Source of the DNA: Clostridia bacterium DTU065
GTDB taxonomy: Bacteria; Bacillota; DTU065
DNA length: 64,000 bases
Direction: 5' to 3'
Assembly: GCA_001512545.1 (NCBI GenBank)
Contig: LFSI01000050.1
Coordinates: 3,204-67,203, forward strand
This document shows positions 27,422 through 37,817 of the stretch, piece after piece. Position numbers and translations under genes: made by a program. Within the stretch, counting starts at the first letter, position 1. Every line of letters begins with the position of its first letter. The notes beneath the pieces are model-generated. The model ran no database searches, had not been told where the DNA came from, and saw only the letters and a list, made by a program, of their open reading frames with translations.

Positions 27422-28048
27422 TTAAAAAGCAGTGGTGAGATAGGCACCGATTGCAAGTGTTTTCATGTCTAGCAGGCCAATATCAACACTGAAATAGTCG
27501 TTAAGTTGGAGCCGGCCTCCGAAGTTCAAGACAAAGGAGCCTTCCTGTTCCCGGCTGTTATCTTTAAGTTCGAGAAGCAAAGTTACAATTGGTACGGGAA
27601 GCTTTCTCGGTGAAATGGACACGGGATTAACCACGTAGGAAATTCCTCCAAATACTCCCTTGTACTCGCCGCTACCCATACCGATGTGGGCTTTAAGACC
27701 GTTTGGCAGTAAGTTCTTGCTGAGTACTGCATAGAAACTAGATCCAGATGCACCAACTGCAAAAGCGGGTCTATCCAAGGTTTCCTCTGAGAGGCGCCAT
27801 TTGAAAAAACCATAAACTGGATCGCGGCTTCCTGCAGCTATGCCCAGCTCTAAATTCTCTAAAAACGTGGCCGCCAAGGCCCCGGAGATATCGTTTTCGG
27901 CGTAGTTGAGACCGATGCTCCCGCTTCCGTTTCTGCGCATGTTGGCAGTGGGAAGGGTTAACAACCCTTGCGACCCGGTGTAGCTGAAAGCACACACTAC
28001 CTCTGCCAAGAGGCAGAAAACTAGGAGTCCTAGAATAATTCGCTTCAC
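27422..28048 (-). CDS. Outer-membrane beta-barrel protein, hypothetical
   Basis: 208 aa. Signal peptide MKRIILGLLVFCLLAEVVCA. Beta-strand periodicity. C-terminal ...AIGAYLTTAF with a terminal Phe. Confidence 0.5.
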   Translation of the reverse strand: MKRIILGLLVFCLLAEVVCAFSYTGSQGLLTLPTANMRRNGSGSIGLNYAENDISGALAATFLENLELGIAAGSRDPVYGFFKWRLSEETLDRPAFAVGASGSSFYAVLSKNLLPNGLKAHIGMGSGEYKGVFGGISYVVNPVSISPRKLPVPIVTLLLELKDNSREQEGSFVLNFGGRLQLNDYFSVDIGLLDMKTLAIGAYLTTAF

Positions 28049-28053
28049 TATCT

Positions 28054-29112
28054 CTAATTCTCCTTTTGCTTCGCCAAAACCTCATCCAGTTTTTTCGCCA
28101 GTTCTTTCACCTGCTTGCGGAGTTCCGGCAGGTCCTGCATGCTGGCTTTGATGCGGAGTTCTTTCTTGTTATCCCGTGCAGGGATGCCGCTGACGATTGC
28201 TCCAGGTTCGATATCGCCATCCACAAGGGCTTTGCTCATGATACCGGCTCCATCCCCGATGGTCTGGTGCCCGGCAAACATAACTTGGCCGCCAACCATC
28301 ACTCGCTTGCCGATAACAGTGCTGCCGCTGATGCCGATCTGTCCTGCCATGATGCTGTCTCTACCAATGACAGAGTTGTGACCTACGTGGGTCATATCGC
28401 CCACTTTTACGCCGTCTGCAATTACAGTTGGCCCCGCAGCTCCTGAAGCAATAGAGGTGTTAGAGAATAATTCGACATCGTTGCCTATAACTACTCCTCC
28501 GATTTGTGGCACCTTTTTCCAACCTTCTTCGGTGAGGGTGAAGCCAAATCCGTCGACGCCAATGATCACGCCTGAATGAATGATGGCGCGGTCGCCAATG
28601 GTGACGTTCTCTCTGATTACCACCTGCGGATAGATCACGCAATCTCTGCCAACCTTGCTACCAGGCCCAACAAAAACGTGGGGAAAGATCACTGTTCCAT
28701 CACCGATCTCTGCATCGGCAGCAATGTAGGCAAAGTCGTAAATGGTGACGTTATTGCCAATCTTTGCCCCCAGCTCTACTACAGCTTTACTGCTTACGGT
28801 TCCGGTGTGGATGACCTTTCTCTGGAAATACCCCAAGACAACAGCAAAGGCCTCGCGTCCGTCATCGACGATGATGCCGTTTACCTCGAGGTCATCTGCA
28901 AACTTCCTCTCGATGATGTAAGCTGCAGCGAGATTATCCTTGGCCTTTTCCTTGGCGGAGCGTCCGGCCACAAGGGTCATTGCTCCTTCTCCTGCAGTTT
29001 CAATAGGTGCTGTATGGCTGATCAGCACCTCAGGGTCTCCGATAAGCTCTCCCCCAATCATTCGGTGGAACTCTCCCAGCGTGATTGGGGGCTTTTTTTG
29101 TGATAACTTCAA
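28054..29112 (-). CDS. lpxD: UDP-3-O-(3-hydroxyacyl)glucosamine N-acyltransferase
   Basis: 352 aa. N-terminal UDP-binding domain (ITLGEFHRMIGGELIGDPEVLISHTAPIETAGEGAMTLV). A long left-handed beta-helix with hexapeptide repeats (GDRAIIHSGVIIGVDGFGF...GVVIGNDVELFSNTSI...HVGHNSVIGRDSIMAGQIGISGS). C-terminal coiled-coil. Confidence 0.9.
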   Translation of the reverse strand: MKLSQKKPPITLGEFHRMIGGELIGDPEVLISHTAPIETAGEGAMTLVAGRSAKEKAKDNLAAAYIIERKFADDLEVNGIIVDDGREAFAVVLGYFQRKVIHTGTVSSKAVVELGAKIGNNVTIYDFAYIAADAEIGDGTVIFPHVFVGPGSKVGRDCVIYPQVVIRENVTIGDRAIIHSGVIIGVDGFGFTLTEEGWKKVPQIGGVVIGNDVELFSNTSIASGAAGPTVIADGVKVGDMTHVGHNSVIGRDSIMAGQIGISGSTVIGKRVMVGGQVMFAGHQTIGDGAGIMSKALVDGDIEPGAIVSGIPARDNKKELRIKASMQDLPELRKQVKELAKKLDEVLAKQKEN

Positions 29113-29133
29113 CGAAACTGCCCCCCTAGCTTC

Positions 29134-30342
29134 TTACTCTGTTTTTCTATGCGCATCAAGGATCATGTCCGTGATATCAACTGCACCTTCAGGTACGGTC
29201 TCCACAAGTCCACCGGGTTCGTAGCCATCCCTCATCGCCAAAAGGCGAAGAGTCTGACTGCATTCGCTTTCGATGTTCCTTAGGAGGTTGTCTTTTCTGA
29301 CGATCAGATCGTTTAGCTGCTTCTCTTGGAGCTGCCTGTACGACGAAATCAGGAGGTTGTTTTGGGTTAACGTCTGGCTTTCCAGATGGGAAAAAGTCTC
29401 AGACATATTGTTTCTGCGGACTTCAACCCCTTGAGCTGCTTCGGCCATCTGTTCTTTGATGGTCTCCTCTTGGAGCCTGTATCTGGCCTCAAGCTCTTCT
29501 AGTTCCTTCTCCAGGCGTTCTTGTTCTTGACTTTCTAGTTCCACAAGCCTGCGCTCGCGCTCGAGGTTGATCTCATTCAACTCATTTTCCCACTGAAAGT
29601 CTCTCTGCGCCAAGTCATCCAGTATAGACTGCCGGGTTTCTCCGTTGTCTCCGCCTTCGGTCATCAGTTCGGAAGTCCTGGGAGTAACTCCGATATCCAC
29701 TTTAATGGAGTAGCGCGCAGGCACATCTAGGCTCTGCAGCCTCTGCCTCAGCTCGTCGACGTCCTTCAAGTACACTTCCCTAGCAGCAGCGACTTTTGCA
29801 TAGTACTCTCTGTTTATTTTTTCCCGCTTTTCCCTAAGACTAGTTTCGTGTCGGACAAGCAGGGTTTGCTTTTCTAGCTCTTTGTCTTCAGCATTTCTTG
29901 CCAGAAGATCTTTAGTAGTTTTGTTTAGGGAGTCAATAACCAGACTGGCCTGGTTCTGCAGGTACTCTTGGGGGTTGCCCGTGTTTTTTCCTGTCTGCCA
30001 GTTCTGAAAGACCGTGTCATATGCGGTCTGCTCCAGGGATCTGGCAAGAATTTCCCGCTCGAGCCTCTCCACTTCCGCATACAGGGGATGCTCAGCAATA
30101 ACCTTCTGCTTCAGCGCTACGGCTTTTTGCTTGGGAGCAGGATCCGGGACGTTGATGATTACGTCTGCAGCCTGCCGATCGTCCGGTTCAGCAAACTCCG
30201 ACAGCGTTTCTTGGAAGACGTCTTTGTAATTGGAAAGAAATCCCACAATGCACCCTAAAATAAAAAGGGTGATGACAAACCCGAAACTGAAGCGCTGATT
30301 ACCTGATCTCACTCTACAACCTCCTTTCTCTGTGATTTCCAT
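29134..30342 (-). CDS. Membrane-anchored coiled-coil protein, hypothetical
   Basis: 402 aa. One TM (FSFGFVITLFILGCIVGFL). The long Glu/Arg/Leu-rich heptad region (ERLEREILARSLEQ..., ERERRLVELESQEQERLEKELEELEARYRLQEETIKEQ) has no recognisable catalytic motif. Confidence 0.55.
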   Translation of the reverse strand: MEITEKGGCRVRSGNQRFSFGFVITLFILGCIVGFLSNYKDVFQETLSEFAEPDDRQAADVIINVPDPAPKQKAVALKQKVIAEHPLYAEVERLEREILARSLEQTAYDTVFQNWQTGKNTGNPQEYLQNQASLVIDSLNKTTKDLLARNAEDKELEKQTLLVRHETSLREKREKINREYYAKVAAAREVYLKDVDELRQRLQSLDVPARYSIKVDIGVTPRTSELMTEGGDNGETRQSILDDLAQRDFQWENELNEINLERERRLVELESQEQERLEKELEELEARYRLQEETIKEQMAEAAQGVEVRRNNMSETFSHLESQTLTQNNLLISSYRQLQEKQLNDLIVRKDNLLRNIESECSQTLRLLAMRDGYEPGGLVETVPEGAVDITDMILDAHRKTE

Positions 30343-30405
30343 CCTTTTTCAGCTTAATCCTGCTGATTTAAAAAGGATGGGCTAGGCCCATCCCTCCTTG
30401 CTGTC

Positions 30406-30879
30406 TTACTTGTTGCCTTCTGCTAACACCGCATCTGTAATGTCAAGAGCAGGGTTGCCGTAGTAAACTACACTGGCATCAATAACTGTGCTAAAGCCTT
30501 TTTCTTTTGCGACCTTGCTAATTGAGCCAAGCAGTTCGACCTGTGCTAGTTGATATCTGTGATCGAAGTTGAGGTCGGCCATGCGCTTGTTGAGCTCTTC
30601 TTGGTATTTAGCGAAAAGAACTTCTTTTTCTGCGGTGGTCATGTTCTTGGATTCTTCATCAAACTCGGCCTGCAGCTTAGCTACTTCAGCATCGTAAAGC
30701 TCGTTCAGCTCGGCGAATGCCCTGTATTCTGAAAGTAGTCTCATACCATCAACGTAACCTATTGGACCGTTGGCATTGCTATCGAGTGCTCCACTGACAA
30801 AGGCGATAGCCACAAGAGCTACCAGTGCTACTGCTACTACGATGACCGGGCGCAATTTCTTAATACGATTCATTTTCAA
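30406..30879 (-). CDS. skp: Periplasmic chaperone Skp/OmpH family
   Basis: 157 aa. N-terminal signal/anchor, helical Lys/Glu-rich body (EYRAFAELNELYDAEVAKLQAEFDEESKNMTTAEKEVLFAKYQEELNKRMADL). The gene lies between bamA and the lpxD side, the conserved position for skp. Confidence 0.75.
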   Translation of the reverse strand: MKMNRIKKLRPVIVVAVALVALVAIAFVSGALDSNANGPIGYVDGMRLLSEYRAFAELNELYDAEVAKLQAEFDEESKNMTTAEKEVLFAKYQEELNKRMADLNFDHRYQLAQVELLGSISKVAKEKGFSTVIDASVVYYGNPALDITDAVLAEGNK

Positions 30880-30892
30880 TCACCTTTCCTTA

Positions 30893-32587
30893 TTAAAATG
30901 CTTGTCCTAGACTAAAATGAAACTGGGACTGCCATTTACCGTTCTCTCTCGAAAAGCCAAAGTCGAGGCGGATCGGACCGATAGGTGTGTTGATTCTGAT
31001 GCCTGGTCCAAATCCGAACTTGAGATTGTCGGCTTTTACCCCTTCGTCGGCGATTTCACCTAAGTCCGCAAATCCTACCAGCTGGATTGCATCTGAAATC
31101 AGATACCTGTACTCCACATTGGCAAGGAGGAGGCTGTTACCTTGGAACGCTCCCCACCTGTAGCCGCGGACTGTGTCTGGTCCACCGAGGAAGTACTTCA
31201 TGTGCTCTGGCAGTCTCGCATCTGGAGTCTTAATAACGCCTCCCTGAGCGTGAAGCGCTAGGACATGCTTGCCCTCTTTGTCGAGGCCTATATACTTCGC
31301 TACATCGAGCTCGTATTTTTGGTAGGTGTAGTTTCCGCCGATAATCTTGCCGCCAAAATCGCCAGTTAGACTGACTCTTTGGCCTTTACTTGGGAAAAGG
31401 AAATGGTTCGCATTGTCATAACTAAGTATAAACCCTACACTTCTGGTTTTCCAGTCCGTTGTCTGGTTAGTTTGTGACAGTGTTTCCAAGTTGTTATCTA
31501 TTGTACCAGTTAATGATAACCTCAAATACTCAGTCAAAGGTCTGCCTATGGAGAGATTGATCCCTTTACGGTTGTTTTCGACGAATAGGTTTTCACCAAG
31601 TTCGGTCTTACTATGAGAGATCGTAGCTTCTAGGCCAAGGGAGGTTGCGCTAGAACCAAGGAATGGTTCGTAGAAGCTCAAACCGAACATCCGCTTATTG
31701 CGTCCGAGCTCAAGTCGCGTAGCAACCTGCTGTCCGTACCCTAGGAAGTTGTCTTCCTGATACTGCAGGTACCCTACAACACCATCTAGCGAGCTGTAAC
31801 CCAATCCTCCGATAACCTCACCGGACTTGCGCTCGGTGACATCGATAACCATAATCGGTTCAAGGGGGTTATCTGTAGGCTCGAAGTAGATGTTTACAGA
31901 ATCGAAGTAGCCCGTGTTGTAGAGCTTACCGTAAAGCTTCTCGAGCTCTGTACTTTTCAGTGCGTCTCCTGCCTTAATGTTGACGTACCTTCTGACGACG
32001 TGCTCCTTGGTCTTGTCCAGGCCGGTAACCTTAACGTCTGCGATCCGATTGGTCTTGAAGGAGATCTTAAAGACATTGTCTTCGTCGATGTTGACTTCTG
32101 TAGGCTGCAGGAACAAACCGTACTTCACAACGATTTCATCAATAACTTCCTGCATGCGCTCTGGCGTGAGGATGTTAGCGTTGAAAATCTTCCCAATAGG
32201 AATGTTCATGGCCTCGAGCAAGGCTTCCTCTGGAACCTCATCGGTATCCAACTCCACCTCTACACCGGAGATCACCGGGTTTTCATGGACTTTAAAGACG
32301 ACCCTCATTCCCCCTAGATAAAAGGAAGGTTCAACTTCAACGAGGCTGAAGTAGCCCATTTCGGTAATAGCCTGCATGTCCTGCATCAGCTTTTGTTCAT
32401 CGAGGGGTTCGCCAACCTGAGTGGCTTTGATCACCGCCAAGATCTCCGAAGTGGAGACTTCCCTATTCCCCGATACTCCAATAGAGGTTACTATAGCAGC
32501 AACATCACTGCCAGCGGCCAATGGGGCCTGGAGTGATAGGATTAATATCATAAGCATGAAACATAACATCGAAGATTTCTTTTTCAT
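30893..32587 (-). CDS. bamA: Outer-membrane protein assembly factor BamA (Omp85)
   Basis: The ORF track starts at 32602 (TTG). The ATG at 32587 (MKKKSSMLCFMLMILILSL...) has GGGAGG 7 nt upstream. It has few POTRA repeats (VSGNREVSTSEILAVIKA..., GVEVELDTDEVP...) and an Omp85 barrel (GYSSLDGVVGYLQYQEDNFLGYGQ...). The C-terminus is ...QFHFSLGQAF, ending in Phe. Confidence 0.88.
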   Translation of the reverse strand: MKKKSSMLCFMLMILILSLQAPLAAGSDVAAIVTSIGVSGNREVSTSEILAVIKATQVGEPLDEQKLMQDMQAITEMGYFSLVEVEPSFYLGGMRVVFKVHENPVISGVEVELDTDEVPEEALLEAMNIPIGKIFNANILTPERMQEVIDEIVVKYGLFLQPTEVNIDEDNVFKISFKTNRIADVKVTGLDKTKEHVVRRYVNIKAGDALKSTELEKLYGKLYNTGYFDSVNIYFEPTDNPLEPIMVIDVTERKSGEVIGGLGYSSLDGVVGYLQYQEDNFLGYGQQVATRLELGRNKRMFGLSFYEPFLGSSATSLGLEATISHSKTELGENLFVENNRKGINLSIGRPLTEYLRLSLTGTIDNNLETLSQTNQTTDWKTRSVGFILSYDNANHFLFPSKGQRVSLTGDFGGKIIGGNYTYQKYELDVAKYIGLDKEGKHVLALHAQGGVIKTPDARLPEHMKYFLGGPDTVRGYRWGAFQGNSLLLANVEYRYLISDAIQLVGFADLGEIADEGVKADNLKFGFGPGIRINTPIGPIRLDFGFSRENGKWQSQFHFSLGQAF

Positions 32588-32789
32588 TAACGCGCCTCCC
32601 AAACCTAATCAAAGAGATTCTTAACTTGTATTCTCGACCGAAAATCTAAATCCTTCATCTTAGACTGCCGCAGTTTGTGGGGTTACCTCCATTTATCTAA
32701 TCGACATTTACTTTTTAGTATTGCTGTAACTTTTTGCCTTTATTCCGCGCGTAAATATGGGAAGTCAGCAAGCTGACCTCCCAACCCCT

Positions 32790-35700
32790 TTAGAAACTTA
32801 TGCCAAATTCGATACCTAACCGGAAATCTCCCTTATTGTCTAGAGATGTTGTCAGCTTTGTTCTATCGCCGAGCTGGTATTCGAGTTTGACTATTTCACT
32901 AGGTTTGAGTTCGAAAGTCCTTGAGTAACTTACGTAGAGGTTTTCGAACAGGTACTTTCCTGCCTGGAACTTCATGCTGCGGCGGAGGATGTCCGGCTGC
33001 AGTCTGAACTCGTCCAGTTTGAACGTTTCTTTCACCACATCTTCAACTTCGCTGAGAACCGTCTGCTCAATCTGGTTAGTGACGATTCTGAGCACTTCTT
33101 CCGTCAGAGCTTCCTGGATGTTACCGCCTGCAAAAGACCCGAAGCGGTGTTGGGTGAGCTTCCGGACGATGTCCGTCTCGCTCATCGGTGGGTCGGAAGT
33201 TAGCGTTGTGCGCAGATCGCCCAACGTTCCGTTAATCTGAACGATAACGGTTGCATCGGGGAGAGTGTTTCTGGCTTCAGCAGATATCTGCGGCATGATG
33301 CCTCTGTAACGCTGGAAGATGAGTTGAGCTCTGGTGATCTCAAACTCGTTGTCCAGATAGACCACTCTACCTTCTGTGGCCTCAACCCTGCCGTCGACGC
33401 CGAAGTTGCTCATAGGTCCTGTTACCTGTACAGACCCTACGCCCCTAACATCAATACCGAGGCCTCTTACTCTGAACTCACCCTTGTGATCGATGTTGAG
33501 ATCGAGCGTTATCGGTAAGCTCGGAAGAGGAGAAGCATCCAAATTCAAGTTTGCCAGGTCCACTTCGGTACTCTCCAGCTCGATGTGGCCGCTTAGAACA
33601 GGTTCTTTCAGAGTTCCGTTAAATCTACCTTTGCCTGTAACTACGGTCCTTACAAGATCTGTCCGGTACGGGACTTTGCTCAGATCGTAGTTGAAGGAGA
33701 ACTCAGGTTGGACGTTTTCCAGGTAGACTACACCGTCGATTTTGGCTGTACCAGTGCCGATGACGGCGCTGATGTTTTCGACTTCTGCGCGGTTTCCGCT
33801 GAAGACAATGCTACCTTGAAGGTTGGTTACGGGAGTAGGATAGGGCTCGAACATAAGTGCCGTATCCTGCAGGTTAATGTAACCGCTGAAGTTCGGATTC
33901 TTCCAGCTGCCCGTGACATCTACATTGACTTTTAGTTGTCCTTTTTGGAAAGTCAGCCCTCTTACCAAATCGTTGAGAGACCTGAGGTCGCTCTGTGGGG
34001 AGCGGATAGAGAGCAACAGGGGCAGCTCTTCATCTTTCGCAATGAAAGGTAAGTTGCCGATAAACTCTATATGCTTTGGCCAGGGAATCGTGCCTGACAC
34101 ACTCAGTTCGTTACCTTCTAGTGTCGCGTAGAACTCGTTGATCCTCAGGCCTTTGCCGTCAACTGAGAACGATCCTAAAAGGCCGCTCAGCTTGATCTGA
34201 CCATACCGCATGTCGGTAGCTTCCAGTTCCAACTGGCCTTTGAGGTTCTCCATTGTTCCGTTGAGATTGGTCTTAAACTGGATGTTTCCTGCAATGTCGT
34301 CAGTGATTCCCAATGCCCTTTTGTAGTTTTCCAGATAGATGTTCTCACCCTGCATGGTCAGATTTACGCTGCCGTCTACGTTCAGGTGGCCAACGAGATA
34401 AACAGTAGACCCGTTGACTCTGAGATTGGCATCAGTAATCTGAACCAAGCCGTCTTCGTACTTCACTTTGGCAACCAGCACCGGTTCAATGTCCGCCAGA
34501 ACGATAGATGCCCTGTTGATGTCTACATAAAGAGCAGGATCGTCCAGAGTGCCCGATAGCTTTGCTGTGAAGTTGGCCCAGATATTCTCTGGGAGACCTA
34601 TACCGGCAAGCGATGCTATCTTGCTAATATCAGCACGTACTGCCACTACTTCTCCTGAGATCTGGCCTGAATCGAGATTTAGACCTGCATTTCCCACTAA
34701 GGTTCCCTGACCCCACTTGATTTCGGAGTTGGTTATAGACAGGTCCCCTCCCTTAATCTCAAAGAGAACACCTAGTCGGTCGACACGTTCGCCCAGGAAG
34801 ACGCCGTCTCTAATCACCGCTTCTCCCCTGATCTCCGGCGAAGCTAAAGTACCGCTGGCTTTCCCTCTGTAGCTTAAAAGTCCGCCCGCCACATACTCCC
34901 TGTACTCATCAGGAATCGGCAGGGCAGCTACAGGGAATCTCTCAACATTGATCTGCAGGTCCGCGCTCAGCTTGTTTAGATCGGCAGTGCCGAAGATGGA
35001 AAAGCTGCCTTCATCGACCTGCCCTCTTGCTCTGGTGATGAGCACCAGTCCATTTTGGTAGCTAGCAGTAAGGTTAATGTCCCTTGCTGCAAAGCCGTAG
35101 ATGTTCGATGGGCCTTGGTAAAGTTCGAGCTTGAGGAAGGGGTTGTCAAAAGTCCCGTCCAAGGTAAGGTCGAATGACACCGGACCAGATGCATACTGCT
35201 CCAGATCAAAGGGTTCCAAGAACTCTGAAATTTCCTGGTCCTTGACGCTGACCCGTAGACCTGCACTGAGCTGGTTTTTAGTGTTGATATGGCCAGAGAC
35301 GCTGTGGGTCTTCCCGCTTAAAGTCTCCACCGACATACTGGTTAAATCTATAACCTCAAGGTCAGGGTTGCCCTTCATAGTTCCGAAGATGCGCTTCAAG
35401 CGCACTTCCCGGAAGCTCGGATTCAGCCAATCTACACTTCCGGTGAGAAGAGGAGCTTCTAAAGATCCTCCCACCTGAAGATTGAGGTCGATTCTTCCGC
35501 CTACATCGTTCAGAATGGGGTATAGAGCTGCCAAAGAAGCGGGCTCAAAAGTGTTTACCTTAAGGTTCAAATCCAGATCGCGCCCTGTCACCAGCGGGAC
35601 CGTACCCGAGACTAGGACGGTAGCAGGTGCGATTTCTGCTTGAATGCTTTCAATGCCGATGTGGTCCTTCTTCATGAAAAATCCGCCGCTGATGTTGAAT

Positions 35701-37772
35701 GCCCGGATGTCGTCATAGGCCAGGCTTCTGGACTCTACATTGCCCACTACATCAGCTTCGTCGAGATTCCAATCTGAGACCCGAGCAAGGAGCGAAATGT
35801 CCACTTCCCCTTCGATCCTCGAAGGATCGATAGGAAGCTTTTCTAAAAGCGCTGGCAGCGCATTTGCAGCTTCTCTCGGAGCCAGACCTTGAATATTGAC
35901 CTCAAGGAAGCTGTCTCCTTTCAGGGTCTGGTGCGGATAGAGGACACTAGCGATATCTTCAGGAAGGATCAGAGCGCCTGTCGCCAGGACGCTTGAACCC
36001 ATAATGCTGCCCTTGAGGTCGTCGATCTCCAAAATACCGTTTGCAACGCGGCCTGCTGCAGTAAAGCCTTCGTGGTTAAAGCCCTCTACAGACCCGGGAG
36101 ATATCGTGGCTTCAAAGAGCGCAAACGATTGATCTAAGAATCCAGCAAGATCCATTTGCAAACCTGCAAGACCTTCGACTTTCAGGTTGAGGTAACTTTC
36201 AGCCGGTTGTTTGATGTTCAGGTTTTTGGCACCAACCTTTAGGTTGAGGTATGGCCTGCCGAAGAAATCCTCCACACTTCCGGCGATATTCACTATTCCA
36301 CTGTCAAGGTTCCCGGTAAACGAGTCGATTGTGACATTACCATCTTCATAGACCAAAAAACCACTTACATTCTTTAGTGGTAAATACAGCTGAGGATGTT
36401 CAATTGTGGTTTCATAGATCTTGGCTCTGGCCTCAAACACCAGCTGGGAAAGGTATCCCGAAAGGACCAGTTCACCATCGAAGAACCCGTCTACCGAAAA
36501 CTCCTCCAACCACAGGAGGGATGGCTTTGAAGCCGGAAGTTCGTATTGAGCAACAGGCGGAAGTTCGCCGTCTTTGATCTTGGCGATCTGCCTGTAGAAG
36601 CCTTCTTTCAGATAGCCCGCAAAGGGTTTGAGGTTCCCCTTTTCGGTGTGCATCTCTACGTACACGCGGGGGTCATTCCAGCCGCCTGCAGTATAACCGG
36701 TGGCAGTAACGGTAGTGTCCCCTCCGTATCCCACAGCTTCAATGCTTTGGATTCCTTGACTGTCGAAACGTATGGTCCCCGATGCTCGCTCTATGGCAAA
36801 AGGCACTAAGAAATAGTTTAGCCCTGCATTTTTTACCTGCAAAATGCCGCTAAAGTCCACAAATCCCTGGTTGAAGACCAGGTTCAGTTCCAGGTCACCC
36901 TTACCTCTGTGAATATCCACGCCGAGGTTTGGTGGAAGCCAATAGTTGAAATCAGTCAGTTCCACATTGGTGGCTGTCAGCTTGACACTCCAAGTTCCAT
37001 TTGTTAAATCAATCTCACCTGTGCCTCTTACAGGGTAAAACGCCGTGTGGGTTTTGCCTTGCGGAAGCCACTGATCGGGCCATTGGGACGCTCTCCACCC
37101 TTCCACAGGGAAGGAGACCTCCCCATCGATTTCAATACGGATTTTGTTCCCTGAAACGACTTCTGCGTTTAAAGCCAACTTGCGGCCTTCAATGTCCTCA
37201 TCACGGGAAAACAGGGGAAATCCCAAAACTTTCGCAGTTCCCTGAGTTGCCGAAACCGGCAAACCCTCGGGAATGGAAAAAGATACAGGTCCTTGTGACC
37301 TGCTGAATAGATCGTCAAAGTTCCACCTACCCAGCTCCTCAACAAACTCAAAGCTGACGGTGGGTTTGTAAAGGACTACGGCCTCTACTGCTTTGAGATA
37401 ATCGAAGTTGTTTTTGATAAGTTCTAAAAGATTGTATTCGATGGTGATTCTGCCTACGGTGAAAAAGTCTTGGTTTGTATCTTTAAGACCTTCATCTATA
37501 CCTTCCTGCAGCGAAGGACCTATCACCAGGTCCTCGATGACAATGCGGTTAAAGATGTCCGGACCGATTGCACCAATATCCACATGGCGACCTGTAAGCT
37601 CTTCCAAAGTGGTGATAATCTGCCACCTTAAGGTGTCGCTGATTGAGCTCTGATTGAACGCTACAATCAGCCCGGCGTTGACCAGAATCAGCAAAGCCAG
37701 AACAATACCTAAAGTGATGAACACGGCCTTGACCGCAGGATGAACGTATTTAGTTGGAGTTTTTAGTGCCAT
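32790..37772 (-). CDS. tamB: Translocation and assembly module protein TamB-like (AsmA/DUF490 family)
   Basis: 1660 aa. Single N-terminal TM (VFITLGIVLALLILVNAGLIVAF). A very long beta-rich body. A DUF490-like C-terminus (...LEYQLGDRTKLTTSLDNKGDFRLGIEFGISF). It is immediately upstream of bamA on the same strand, the conserved tamB-bamA arrangement. Confidence 0.75.
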   Translation of the reverse strand: MALKTPTKYVHPAVKAVFITLGIVLALLILVNAGLIVAFNQSSISDTLRWQIITTLEELTGRHVDIGAIGPDIFNRIVIEDLVIGPSLQEGIDEGLKDTNQDFFTVGRITIEYNLLELIKNNFDYLKAVEAVVLYKPTVSFEFVEELGRWNFDDLFSRSQGPVSFSIPEGLPVSATQGTAKVLGFPLFSRDEDIEGRKLALNAEVVSGNKIRIEIDGEVSFPVEGWRASQWPDQWLPQGKTHTAFYPVRGTGEIDLTNGTWSVKLTATNVELTDFNYWLPPNLGVDIHRGKGDLELNLVFNQGFVDFSGILQVKNAGLNYFLVPFAIERASGTIRFDSQGIQSIEAVGYGGDTTVTATGYTAGGWNDPRVYVEMHTEKGNLKPFAGYLKEGFYRQIAKIKDGELPPVAQYELPASKPSLLWLEEFSVDGFFDGELVLSGYLSQLVFEARAKIYETTIEHPQLYLPLKNVSGFLVYEDGNVTIDSFTGNLDSGIVNIAGSVEDFFGRPYLNLKVGAKNLNIKQPAESYLNLKVEGLAGLQMDLAGFLDQSFALFEATISPGSVEGFNHEGFTAAGRVANGILEIDDLKGSIMGSSVLATGALILPEDIASVLYPHQTLKGDSFLEVNIQGLAPREAANALPALLEKLPIDPSRIEGEVDISLLARVSDWNLDEADVVGNVESRSLAYDDIRAFNISGGFFMKKDHIGIESIQAEIAPATVLVSGTVPLVTGRDLDLNLKVNTFEPASLAALYPILNDVGGRIDLNLQVGGSLEAPLLTGSVDWLNPSFREVRLKRIFGTMKGNPDLEVIDLTSMSVETLSGKTHSVSGHINTKNQLSAGLRVSVKDQEISEFLEPFDLEQYASGPVSFDLTLDGTFDNPFLKLELYQGPSNIYGFAARDINLTASYQNGLVLITRARGQVDEGSFSIFGTADLNKLSADLQINVERFPVAALPIPDEYREYVAGGLLSYRGKASGTLASPEIRGEAVIRDGVFLGERVDRLGVLFEIKGGDLSITNSEIKWGQGTLVGNAGLNLDSGQISGEVVAVRADISKIASLAGIGLPENIWANFTAKLSGTLDDPALYVDINRASIVLADIEPVLVAKVKYEDGLVQITDANLRVNGSTVYLVGHLNVDGSVNLTMQGENIYLENYKRALGITDDIAGNIQFKTNLNGTMENLKGQLELEATDMRYGQIKLSGLLGSFSVDGKGLRINEFYATLEGNELSVSGTIPWPKHIEFIGNLPFIAKDEELPLLLSIRSPQSDLRSLNDLVRGLTFQKGQLKVNVDVTGSWKNPNFSGYINLQDTALMFEPYPTPVTNLQGSIVFSGNRAEVENISAVIGTGTAKIDGVVYLENVQPEFSFNYDLSKVPYRTDLVRTVVTGKGRFNGTLKEPVLSGHIELESTEVDLANLNLDASPLPSLPITLDLNIDHKGEFRVRGLGIDVRGVGSVQVTGPMSNFGVDGRVEATEGRVVYLDNEFEITRAQLIFQRYRGIMPQISAEARNTLPDATVIVQINGTLGDLRTTLTSDPPMSETDIVRKLTQHRFGSFAGGNIQEALTEEVLRIVTNQIEQTVLSEVEDVVKETFKLDEFRLQPDILRRSMKFQAGKYLFENLYVSYSRTFELKPSEIVKLEYQLGDRTKLTTSLDNKGDFRLGIEFGISF

Positions 37773-37817
37773 GTCCTACCGGCTGCGACCGGATTCACCT
37801 CCTTAAGTGCGAGGGAG

